DNA of 64,000 nucleotides from Octopus sinensis (taxonomy: Eukaryota): contig NC_043025.1 in assembly GCF_006345805.1 (NCBI RefSeq), positions 12,338,001 through 12,402,000 of the forward strand, written 5' to 3'. This document shows, one piece after another, positions 24,171-36,060 of the stretch. How positions within the stretch are numbered: position 1 is the stretch's first letter; every line of letters starts with the position of its first letter. The notes under the pieces were generated by a model. That model saw nothing but the letters and a program-made list of their open reading frames with translations. It ran no database searches and was not told the DNA's origin. Position numbers and translations under genes: made by a program.

Positions 24171-26077
24171 ACACCAGAGCTGAAGACACCCCCCGAAAGT
24201 GGGGGCCCCGCAGAAAATTCAAACTGTCTGTATTTTAGACAAAGATTTTTTTTTTTTAATTTGAAAAAGAGACAATTCTAGGATTTATTGAAGAGAATAT
24301 CTTACCTGTTCATTAATCACAAATTGACTTTGACCAGAATAACTCACAGTAAACCAGAAAAACAACAGAAAAAAAAAACAAAACAAAAAGTGTTTTGTTC
24401 AGGTTTTGGTGAGAAAATTGTAGCAGTTGTGTGAGAAAATGGAAAATAGAAAATGAGAGAAAAACATCTGAATTTTCTGTTCAAATTCAGTTATTCTTGG
24501 TTAGAAATAGATCTGGTTGTTATTTTTAGCAATTTTAGTAACCAGCAAGAAGTTTCTGCATTAAATATATATTTGGCTGTGATTTCTAGCAAACTAAGTG
24601 ACCACATAGAGGTTTTCTCATGAGAAACAGATTCGGCTGTTATTTCTTGCAAATTTTGTGTCCTAATAGAGCTTTCCTAATTAGGGATAGATTTAGCTGT
24701 TATTTCTAGAAAATTTAGTGTCCTAGTATAGGTTTCCTCATTAGTGATAGATTTAGTTGTTAGGCCCCGACTGGCCTCCGTGCCGGTGGCACGTAAAAGC
24801 ACTATCCGTTCGTGTCCGTTGCCAACCTCGCCTGGCCCCCATGCTGGTGGCACGTAAAAGCACCATCCGTTCGTGGCCGTTTGCCAGCTCCGTCTGGCAC
24901 CTGTGCGCGTGGCACGTAAAAAGCACCCACTACACTCACGGAGTGGTTGGCGTTAGGAGGGGCATCCAGCCGTAGAAACACTGCCAGATCAGACTGGAGC
25001 CTGGTGCAGCCTTCTGGCTTCACAGACCCCAGTTGAACCGTCCAACCCATGCTAGCATGGAAAGCGGACGCTAAATGATGATGATGATGATGATGTAGAG
25101 GTTTTCTCACGAGAAGTAGATTTAGCTGTTATTTCTAGTATCCTCTCCACCCTATCGACATGATCCAGGGCACAAAACCAGGACAAAATATCCGGTGCCA
25201 ATATGGATCACATGCTCAAGAATGAGAGTGCCATAATCTTAAGCAGAAGCAAAGGATCCTTAAAATGTCCAATGTCGATCCCTGAATATATGGTGTTAAC
25301 CCAGTGGTTAGGGCAACGGACTCGCGGTCGTAGGATCGTGGTTTCAATTCTCAGACCGGGCGTTGTGAGTGTTTATTGAGCGAAAACACCTAAAAGCTCC
25401 ACGGGGCTCCGTCTGGGGGGGGGGCGATCCCTGCTGTACACTTTCATCACCACTTTCTCTCACTCTTACTTCCTGTTTCTGTTGTACCTGTATTTCAAAG
25501 GGCCGGCCTTGTCACACTCTAAGTCACGCTGAATTTCCCCAAGAACTACATTAAGGGTTACACGTGTCTGTGGAGTGCTCAGCCACTTACACGTTAATTT
25601 CACGAGCAGGCTGTTCCGTTGATCATATCAGCTGGGACCCTCATGTTGTAATTGATGGAATACTCCAAAGCACCATCCGAATCGTAGCCGAAGCCAGTGC
25701 CGCCTCGACTGGCTTCCATAAAATGCACCAATCCAACCGTGGCCGATGCCAGCCTCGCCTGGCACCAGTGCAGGTGGCACGTAAAAAGCACCATCCGAAG
25801 CCAGTGCCGCCTTGACTGGCTTCTATAAAATGCACCAGTCCGACCATGGCCGATGCCAGCCTCGCCTGGCACCAGTGCAGGTGGCACGTAAAAAGCACCC
25901 ACTACACTCACGGAGTGGTTGGCGTTAGGAAGGGCATCCAGCTGTAGAAACGTTGCCAGATAAGACCGGAGCCTGGTGCAGCCTTCTGGCTTCCCAGATC
26001 CCCGGTCGAACCGTCCAACCCATGCTAGCCTGGAGAACGGACGTTAAACGATGATGATGATGATGATGATGATGATG

Positions 26078-26111
<34 letters not shown>

Positions 26112-27089
26112 TGTATATATTGTTGTACCTGTACCTCAAAGGGCTAGCCTTGTCACACTCTGTGTCACACTGAATCTCCCCGAGAACTACGTTAAGGGTA
26201 CACGTGTCTGTGGAGTGCTCAGCCACTTGCATGTTAATAAATGAGCTGCGACGTCACTGGTGCCAAGCTGTATCGGCCCCTTTACCTTTCCCTTGGATAA
26301 CATCAGTGACATAGAGAGGGGAGTCTGGTATGCATGGGCGACTGCTGGTCTTCCATAAACAACCTTGCCCAGACTTGTGCCTGGGAGGGTAACTTTCTAA
26401 GTGCGATCCCATGGTCATTCATGACCGAAGGGGGTCACAATACCAGAGTGACCTTCTCCTAGAGACATGCTTTAACTAAAGCTAAGGGGTACTGTATCTT
26501 ATTTTTTTTTGACTGTGAGAAAATCTCTTCATAGACTTGTTGACAACAAAATATATATCAGATCAAGGCAAATATCATCCTAGCAGTGACTCATAAGAAT
26601 GTCAGGTGTATTTCGCCCTACTTTGGGGCTTGTCAGCGAGGTGTAGCTGGTACATGTCACTGTCAGGGACTTTATGTTGCCATGCTTTAATACTTCATAG
26701 TTTGACAAAGTGTCTTTGGTTCAGAGCATCCCAGAGGTCTTCCAGCACATCAGACACCACCCTGAAATTTCCGAGGGCCCATGGTGTTACTAGATAATCG
26801 TTGAACCTACACTAGGTTCGTCCATCTTTTTCACCAGTCTTATTTTTAATCCCGTTGGGTTTTCTAGGAATTCTCCACACCAGTTGAGCTGGTAGAATTG
26901 TTACTGCACTAGGCAAAATGTATTAACTGCATTTTTTCAAGATCTTTACGTTCTGAGTTCAAATTCCATCAAAGTCATGTTTGCCTTTCATCCTCCTGGG
27001 ATCAGTGGAATGAGTACCAGTTGAGCCCTGGGCTTAAGGTAACCAAATTAAATCAGCTTAGCCTCTTTCAAAGCTACAAGCCTTGTACT

Positions 27090-27633
27090 ACAAAAGAAGA
27101 AGAAGAGGAGGAGGAAGAAGTGGAAGAAGAAGTGGAAGAAGAAGAAAAAGAAGAAGAGGAGGAGGAAAAGAAGAAGAAGAAGAAGAAGAAGTGGAAGAAG
27201 AAGAAGGAGAAGAAGTGGAAAAGAAGAAGAAGAGAAGAAGAAAGAAGAAGAGAAGAGAAGAAGAAGAATAAAGAGGAAGAGGAAGAAGAAGAGGAATGGA
27301 AAGAAGAAGAAAAAAGAAGAAGTGGAGAAGAAAAAGTTGGAGAGGAGAGAGGAGGAGAAGTGAAGAAGAGAAGAAGAAGAAGAAGAAGGAAAAAAAAGGA
27401 AGAAGAAGAGAAGAAGAAGAGGAGAAGAAGAGGAAGAAGAAGAGGAAGAAGAAGAGGAAGAAGAAGAGGAAGAAGAGGAAGAAGACGAAGAAGAAGTGGA
27501 AGAAGAAAAGAAGTGGAAGAAGGAGGAGGAGGAGGAGAAGTGGAAGAAGAAGAAGAAGAAGAGGAAGAAGAAGAGGAAGAAGAGGAAGAAGACGAAGAAG
27601 AAGAAGAAGAAGAAGGAGAAGGAGAAGAAGAAG

Positions 27634-27664
<31 letters not shown>

Positions 27665-27745
27665 GGAAGAAGAAGAAAAAGGAGAAGAAGAAGTGGAAAA
27701 GGAAGAAGAAGAAGACAGCTACAACAACAACAACAACAAAACTAC
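27090..27745. repeat. (GAA/GAG)n purine array followed by (ACA)n
   Basis: Explains the poly-E/K/R ORFs at 27021-27817. Confidence 0.95.
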
Positions 27746-28517
27746 AGAAATGACAAAATCAACAACAACAACAAAAGATTTGTTTTTGGAGACAGAATTT
27801 TTTTTTTAATGATTTGATGAATATTTATTTTTGATTAGATTTGAATCTGCATAATTAATGATAATGATGGCATTGTGTCTTGGCAGGAAACTGGACAGTT
27901 CTGCAGAAGATAAAAAATGATAAGGCAACATTAGAGATTATATATACATTAACAGATCTATATACATACATACATAGATGGATAGATAAGTTTCTTTATT
28001 GGCCACACAGGGCTGCACACAGATGGGACAAATTATAAGGTAGAGCTTTTCTTTTGGGGGTTAAAAAAAAAAAAAATTGGCATAGGTTTTCGATCAAAAG
28101 GGATCGTAAAAGGGATAAAAAAAAACAAAAGAAACAAAAACAAAAAAAAAAAAAAAAAAGAAAAAAGAGAAAAAAAAGGGAAAAAACAAAGAAAAAAGAA
28201 GAAAAAGAAGAAAAAAAGGAAAAAAGAAAAAAACGATCAATAGGGATCGTGTATCACAGTGTCATGATGTACGATGTAAAGGGGGAAACACAGATGAGGT
28301 TTATCGTGGGAAGAAAGCCTACAAAAAGACCACGATAACCTTGGTCAATATTGTATATGTTACCACATTTGTTTGCAAGTGGGTAACCCTCTGTTTTCAA
28401 TTCTGGGTTCATAGGATTATGCTCAAGGTGGCTTCGTCTTCATACGTGCCATCCTTGCTTCACATTCACCCATCTTTTTTTAAAAACATTCGCTAGACAA
28501 AACTTGCCTCTCTACTC

Positions 28518-28639
28518 TCACTTCCTTTTCAAGTGGTACTTGAAGAAGTTGATGAGAGATTGACCAGAGAGGAAAGTTTTGTCTCCAATCCTTTCAGACG
28601 CGTCCACCAGATACATTCTTTCGCCATAGCCACAAGGAT
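28518..28639 (-). CDS. Secreted DUF4430-like gene, probable last exon (acceptor uncertain)
   Basis: Frame (D)PCGYGERMYLVDASERIGDKTFLSGQSLINFFKYHLKRK* resembles the transcobalamin beta-domain end, but the required AG is absent (see findings). Confidence 0.5.
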
Positions 28640-28661
28640 GATGAAAATAGATGGATGATAG

Positions 28662-28692
<31 letters not shown>

Positions 28693-28987
28693 TACAGGGA
28701 GAGAGAGATAGATAGATAGAGATAGAGAGGAAGAAGGAAAGAAATGAGAAAAGAAAAGAGAAAAAAGAAAGAAAATATGGAAGAAGGAATGAAAAAGAAG
28801 GGGGAGAAAGGGAAAAGGATTAAAAAATAAAGAGGAACGAAGGAAAAAGAAACAGGGGGGGCAAAAGGAACCCCCCACGACTCTCTCTTTTTCTGTTTTT
28901 TTAAAGTTTTAAAAAAAGAATTTAAAATAAAAAATTAAATTGTTCACTGAAAAATAAGGAAAAAAACTTAATACACTGAAAGCTTAC

Positions 28988-29139
28988 CTAAGTCCTTCGG
29001 TCCATTCAACTCGTCGATTGACCACATCATGGTGCTGGTCTCTTCAATGCCGTTGATTGACCGAATGTATTCTCTTTGGCTGCTGGAACTGGTCACCAAG
29101 GCTGGAGGGAGACGGCTGTTTCGGTGTTGTATCTCAAAT
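28988..29139 (-). CDS. Secreted DUF4430-like gene, exon 6
   Basis: GTCGTAG acceptor (phase 2), TAG|GTAAGC donor (phase 1); only one open frame: FEIQHRNS...REYIRSINGIEETSTMMWSIDELNGPKDL. Confidence 0.8.
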
Positions 29140-29890
29140 CTACGACCACGGGAATTGACAGGGAGCAAGCAATGGAGTAAAGAAAATTTATGAATGCGTG
29201 ATTAAGTAAAGGGGTCAGTGATTCATTGTTGGGGTGGGGGGTAGAATGTACCTGGCACTTAGTGTAAAGGGATTGGGAATATTAAGGGCATCAGGTGGAT
29301 AAAAAAATCCAGTCCAAAAGATGGGAAACAAAGGAAGGGATGTGGACCCTAGGTGATGAAGCTAAGGATAGGAGTAACTCCAAAAATAAAGCAATATACA
29401 CATGATTTTTAGGCACAGAAATGGCTGTGTGGTAAGTAGCTTGCTTACCAACCACATAGTTCCAAGTTCAGTCCCACTGTGTGGCATCTTGGGCAAGTGT
29501 CTTCTACTATAGCCTCGGGCCGACCAATGCCTTGTGAGTGGATTTGGTAGACGGAAACTGAAAGAAGCCCGTCGTATATATATATATAGGCATAGGAGTG
29601 GCTGTGTGGTAAGTAGCTTGCTTACCAACCACGTGGTTCCAAGTTCAGTCCCACTGCGTGGCACCTTGGGCAAGTGTCTTCTACTATAGCCTCGGGCCAA
29701 CCAAAACCTTGTGAGTGGATTTGGTAGACGGAAACTAAAAGAAGCTTGTCATATATATATATATATGTATGTATGTATGTATACATGTATTTATACATAT
29801 ATATTATATATATATATATATATATACATACATATATATATATGTGTATGTATATATATATATGTATATACATATATATATATATGTATG

Positions 29891-29921
<31 letters not shown>

Positions 29922-30717
29922 GTATATACACTACCGTCACATTCACTAGACAAAACTTGCCTCTATATATACATATACACTACCGTCAGAAATTAATTAG
30001 CACCCTTGATTTGTTCTTCACTCAAGATATGTGCTTGTCACCTAGTGGCCATATCTCGAACTATTGCTTTGTTGCGAGTTCACTGTTGTGCAGAACGATG
30101 ACGTAACTTTGTTTGCAGAGCAGTTTGAGAGTCTACAGCCTTATGATGTTGACATAGCAGTGCAACAACAACTTGGAGTGCGGATGCAGACAAATTCTTT
30201 GTTTAATAGATAAGGTAGCGCCTCGCAAGGACCAAAATCAACACCATCCTAAGTTTTCTCATCGCGTAAGACGTTTTGAACAGCTCATAGGTTAATTGAT
30301 TAACCTATTTATGTAGAAATTGAGAAGTGCTAATTAATTTCTGACGCAAGTGTATATATGTATGTATATATATATATATGTATGCATATATATATGTGTG
30401 TGTGTATATATATATATACGATGGGCTTCTTTCAGTTTCTGTATACCAAATTCACTTACAAGGCTTTGCCCAAGGCGCCATGCATTGGGATTGAACCCAG
30501 AACCATGTGATCAGGAACCAAGATTCTTACCGTATATATTATATATATATATATAATAGACAGTTTGGAGTTGGTGTGGCTTGGGGTGGTAGGACTGAAC
30601 CTGGAACCATGAGGATGGTTATACCTGGAACCCTTTTAATCATAGATCTACTTGACCTGGTTTGGTCAGGGGTGAGGGGGTCAAACAACAACAACAACTA
30701 CAACAACATTCACTTAC

Positions 30718-30880
30718 TTGAAACATTTGTTTTGGTAAGCGGCCAAAATGAAGAAATTCTTTAGACTTTGCTGCGGGGCTGTTACTGAGGTCCAACAGTG
30801 ACCCTTACTGTTGATTTGGAGGTTAAGGGTCACATTGACCACTGGGCAGCCGTTGATGTTGGAGAAGCCACTGTTGATCA
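30718..30880 (-). CDS. Secreted DUF4430-like gene, exon 5
   Basis: Long polypyrimidine tract + CACAAG acceptor, AA|GTAAGT donor; INSGFSNINGCPVVNVTLNLQ...VTAPQQSLKNFFILAAYQNKCF; donor phase matches exon 6. Confidence 0.78.
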
Positions 30881-32794
30881 CTTGTGAAAGAGAAAAAGAG
30901 AGAGAGAGAGATGTTAGGTGAGTGTTATTAGTTTAATTAAGAATTAATCTTTAATTTAGAAATTAGATTATTAAAAGTGACATTTAAGGAATGTAAATAG
31001 GGACATATATGTTTGTATGTATGTGTTTGTCCCTTCCTCTCCAACATTGCTGGTGTGTTTACGTCCCCGTAACTTAGCAGTTCAGCAAAATAGACCGATA
31101 GAATAAGTACTAGGCTTACAAAGAATAAATCCTGGGGTGGATTTGCTCAACTAAAGGCGGTGCTCCAGCATGGCCGCAGTCAAATGACTAATAGGAGCAC
31201 TCCGTCGGTTGCGACGATGAGGGTCCCAGCTGATACGATCAATGGAACAGCCTGCTCGTGAAATTAACGTGTAAGTGGCTGAGCACTCCACAGACATGTG
31301 TACCCTTAACGTAGTTCTCGGGGATATTTAGCATGACACAGAGAGTGACAAGTCCGGCCCTTTGAAATACAGGTACAACAGAAACAGGAAGTAAGAGTGA
31401 GAGAATGTTGTGGTGAAAGAGTACAGCAGGGATCACCACCATCCCCTGCCGGAGCCTCGTGGAGCTTTAGGTGTTTTTGCTCAATAAACATTCACAACGC
31501 CCGGTCTGGGAATCGAAACCGCGATCCTCCGACCGCGAGTCCGCTGCCCTAACCACTGGGCCATTGCGCCTCCTGTCAAATGACTGAAACGAGTGAAACA
31601 AGTAAAAGAGTAAGCCATGTGCTGACAAAATTGGTTTCTAAGGTTCTGTGGTGGTGATATCCCACCCCCTGGATAGAACACAAGTCCACCACAAAATCAC
31701 TCAATGTGAAAAGAAGTAGAAAATTACTATTTTTAAACCTCACAACAGAAGATATTCAGCAACAGGTTTTTTTGTAGTAAAGCTTGTTTGCCAACATAAC
31801 ATGGCAATCCTGGTTTAGGATGAGTATTGCTGTAATTTAGCCCCAGGGGACATCATCTCCAGCTGGTTATACAACACGATCTGTGTCCTTATATTCCCTT
31901 TCTAAGCTAGATTGCTTATAGGCACAGGAGGGGCTGTGTGGTAAGTAGCTTGCTTACCAACCACATGGTTCCAGGTTCAGTTCCACTGCGTGGTACCTTG
32001 GGCAAGTGTCTTCTACTATAGCCCCGGGCCGACCAATGCCTTGTGAGTGGATTTGGTAGACGGAAACTGAAAGAAAGCCCGTCGTATATATGTATATATA
32101 TATATATATATAATATATAATATATATTAACGGGAAGCTTTATGAAAATAAACAAAAGACGAAGGCAGGTGGAAAACAAACGAACAATTGTATTAGTATG
32201 GCGCTCAGGAAATATAAATAAAACAAGTCTTTAACGTTTCGAGCCTACGCTCTTCAACAGAAGATACAGAGAGAGAAAAAACACACAGAAAGAAGGAGAG
32301 AAGAAAAAAAAAATGCGTGCAGTAGCTAACGAATCAACATGGCGATCTGATTTCGGCCAAGGTCAAAGATCAAACATGAGACGCGAGAGCGAAATAAGGG
32401 GAGATAATAGGGTTGATAAACGGGTTGAGGGACCAGCTAAAAGTGCGTGGGAGGGGTCTGGATGTGTGTATGTATAGGGTTGGTGTATGTATTAGTATGT
32501 ATAAGGGTGTTGTTGTGTGTGTGTGTGTGTGTGTGTATGAGAGAGTATTAGTGCGTAAGATTGGTCTGGACGTGCGTATGTATGGGGTTGGTGTATGTAT
32601 TAGTACGTATTGGTATGTATAGGTGTATTTTTTATATTTTGTATATTATATTAATCAATTTTATTTCTGTTTTGGTTTATGTTTTTCACTGTTTGATTTT
32701 CCTAATTGTGGTTTTATCTCTAATTTAATTTATATATATATATATATATCAATGGAATTTGTATCCTATTTGTATCCTTTATGGTACCAATGCC

Positions 32795-33795
32795 GGTGGC
32801 ACATAAGAAAACCATCCGAGCGTGGCCGTCTGCCAGCCTCGTCTGGCACCTGTGTCGGTGACACATGAAAAACACCATCCGAGCGTGGCCGTCTGCCAGC
32901 CTCGTCTGGCACCTGTGTCGGTGACACATGAAAAACACCATCCGAGCGTGGCCGTCTGCCAGCCTCGTATGGCACCTGTGTCGGTGGCACATAAAAACAA
33001 CCATCCGAGCGTGGCCGTCTGCCAGCCTCGTCTGGCACCTGTGTCGGTGACACATAAAAAAAACCATCCGAGCGTGGCCGTCTGCCAGCCTCGTCTGGCA
33101 CCTGTGTCGGTGACACATAAAAAACACCATCCGAGCGTGGCCGTCTGCCAGCCTCGTCTGGCACCTGTGTCGGTGGCACATAAAAAACACCATCCGAGCG
33201 TGGCCGTCTGCCAGCCTCGTCTGGCACCTGTGTCGGTGACACATAAAAAAACACCATCCGAGCGTGGCCGTCTGCCAGCCTCGTCTGGCACCTGTGTCGG
33301 TGACACATAAAAAACACCATCCGAGCGTGGCCGTCTGCCAGCCTCGTCTGGCACCTGTGTCGGTGACACATAAAAAACACCATCCGAGCGTGGCCGTCTG
33401 CCAGCCTCGTCTGGCACCTGTGTCGGTGACACATAAAAAGCACCATCCGAGTGTGGCCGTCTGCCAGCCTCGTCTGGCACCTGTGTCGGTGACACATAAA
33501 AACACATCCGAGCGTGGCGTCTGCCAGCCTCGTCTGGCACCTGTGTCGGTGACACATAAAAAACACCATCCGAGCGTGGCCGTCTGCCAGCCTCGTCTGG
33601 CACCTGTGTCGGTGGCACATAAAATCACCCACTACATCTCGTCGAGTGGTTGGCGTTAGGAAGGGCATCCAGCTGTAGAAACACTGCCAGATCTGACTGG
33701 CCTGGTGCAGCCTTCGGCTCCCCAGACCCCAGTTGAACCGTCCAACCCATGCTAGCATGGAAAGCGGACGTTAAACGATGATGATGATGATGATG
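32795..33795 (+). repeat. Family C element with ~13 tandem ~61-bp units
   Basis: Unit CACCATCCGAGCGTGGCCGTCTGCCAGCCTCGTCTGGCACCTGTGTCGGTGACACATAAAAAA; source of the repetitive ORFs at 32720-33758. Confidence 0.92.
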
Positions 33796-33936
33796 ATGAT
33801 ATGATATATATATATATATATGTATATATATCATATTATATATATATATATATATAGTATATATATATTGATATATATTAAATAATATAATATTATATAT
33901 ATATATAATATATATATATTATATATATTATATATA

Positions 33937-33978
<42 letters not shown>

Positions 33979-34260
33979 AAGAGATATATATATATATAAG
34001 GGCATAGATTGTGTCGCATTGCCAGCTGGAGACGATGTCCCCTGGGGCTAAATTACAGCAACATTAATCCTAAACCAGGACTGCCATGTTATGTTGTCAA
34101 ACAACCTTTAGCGAAATGAAGTGTTTTGCTCAAGGAAACAATGTATTGCTTGATCCAGGAATCGAAACCGCAATCTTGTGATCATGAACGTAACACCCTT
34201 GACCCTAAACCACATAGCCACATGCATCCCCCTTTCAATAGCTACTGTTGTTACACATAC

Positions 34261-34359
34261 TTCCTGGATTCCTGTGATGGCTGTTATGGTTGAAGAGCTG
34301 AGGGGATATTCTGTAGTTGTGGGGCATCTGATACATTTGGTTATATATTCCAGGGTGGT
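34261..34359 (-). CDS. Secreted DUF4430-like gene, exon 4 (99 nt)
   Basis: TTTTCTGTTGCAG acceptor, GAA|GTATGT donor; (Y)HPGIYNQMYQMPHNYRISPQLFNHNSHHRNPG in the phase-consistent frame. Confidence 0.7.
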
Positions 34360-34544
34360 CTGCAACAGAAAAGAGAGAGATGGAGAGAGATAGAGAGATG
34401 GCGTGAATGTAAGAGAGTCAAGGAGGGAGTCAGAGTGACCGATACGTTGTTGGTCAGTGACCCGGAAGGCGGAATCCTCACTGGTCAAGGGGTTGTTTTG
34501 GTTTGTTTTAAAGTAGCTTGGTCAAGGCTGTTTTTGTGTGAAGT

Positions 34545-35220
34545 GGGAGTGTCGAGTGTCGAGTGAGAATGTTGAGTGTAGTGTGAGAGTATTGAGTGTC
34601 GAGTGAGAATGTTGAGTGTAGTGTGAGAGTATTGAGTGTCGAGTGAGAATGTTGAGTGTAGTGTGAGAGTATTGAGTGTCGAGTGAGAATGTTGAGTGTT
34701 AGTGTGAGAGTATTGAGTGTCGAGTGAGTGAGAATGTTGAGTGTAGTGTGAGAGTATTGAGTGTCGAGTGAGAATGTTGAGTGTAGTGTGAGAGTATTGA
34801 GTGTCGAGTGAGAATGTTGAGTGTCGAGTGAGAGTATAGTGTTGAATGTGAAATGAGTGTTGAGTGTCAAGTGAAAGCATCGAGTGAGAATGTTGAGTGT
34901 AGTGTGAGAGTAAAGTGTCGAGTGAGAGTGTTGAATGTGAAATGAGTGTTGAGTGTCAAGTGAAAGCGTCGAGTGAGAGTGTTGAATGTGAAATGAGCAT
35001 TGAGTGTCAAGTGAAAGCGTCGAGTGAGAGTGTTATTGTGTGAAGTGAGACTGTTAAGTGTAGAGTATTGATTGAGAGTGTTGAGTGTCAAGTGAGAGTA
35101 TTGAGTGTCGAATGATTGTGTTGAATGTCAAATGAGTATTGAGTGTCAAGTGAGAGTGTAGAATGAGATTGTTGAGTGATGAGTGGAGAGTGTTGAGTAT
35201 TGATTGAGAATGTTGAGTGC
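34545..35220. repeat. 40-bp minisatellite GAGTGTCGAGTGAGAATGTTGAGTGTAGTGTGAGAGTATT, degrading rightwards
   Basis: Direct reading; a related GAGTGGAGTGGGAGGTT array lies at 37340-37730. Confidence 0.9.
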
Positions 35221-35987
35221 TTACATCTTTGTGGGTGCTTGTATCAGTGAGTGAACATGCGCCATTTTTAACCCCGTATATAGTACACACTAGGGATTTT
35301 GACCTTTAAATTTTGGGGAAAAAATGTGGATTATACTCGAGGATTTACAGTATATTAATTATATTAACTACTGGCACCCGGCTGTTGCCAGGACCGCTGG
35401 ACTGACTTCTGTGCAGGTGGCAAGTGAAGAAACACCATTTCGACCCTGTGCTTGAGGAGATCCATTGAGTCAAGTACACCAACATCAAAATCAATGGAAA
35501 CTGCAGTTGTGATCCCTGTGCCGGTGGCAAGTAAAAAGCACCATCTGAATGTGGCCAATGCCAGCGCTGCCTAGACCGGCTTCCGTGCCAGCGGCACGTA
35601 AAAAGCACCATCCGAACGTGGCCGATGCCAGCGCCACCTTGACTGGCTTCCGTGCCGGCGGCACGTAAAATGCACCAATCCGATCGTGGCCGTTGCCAGC
35701 CTCGCCTGGCACGTAAAAAGCACCCACTACAGTCACGGAGTGGTTGGCGTTAGGAAGGGCATCCAGCTGTAGAAACACTGCCAGATCAGACTGGAGCCTG
35801 GTGCAGCCTCCTGGCTTCCCAGATCCCTGGTCGAACCGTCCAACCTATGCCAGCATGGAAAAACGGATGTTAAACAATGATGATGATGACAGCTCCTTTC
35901 AAGCCTAATGCGCCCTTTAATATGCCTAGTGTCCCCCTTTGGGGGTTGGTACCCCTCACATTGAAAACCTCTGGTATAGATACTTAC

Positions 35988-36060
35988 ATGGGTGCTGCAC
36001 TCCATGTCCTGGCTGGTAACCCAGGTAGGGTAGCTGTGACGTAGACAATCGCAACCAGTG
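35988..36060 (-). CDS. Secreted DUF4430-like gene, exon 3 (73 nt)
   Basis: CAT|GTAAGT donor; acceptor TTTCAAG with a CTGAC branch-like motif ~23 nt upstream; HWLRLSTSQLPYLGYQPGHGVQHP. An alternative CAG acceptor gives a start at 36074. Confidence 0.62.

Noticed and set aside
27021-27817. Poly-Glu/Lys/Arg ORFs
   Set aside because: (GAA)n array open in all three frames; no splice context or homology.
32720-33758. 300-aa repetitive ORFs
   Set aside because: 61-bp unit inside a SINE-like element; frame shifts every unit.
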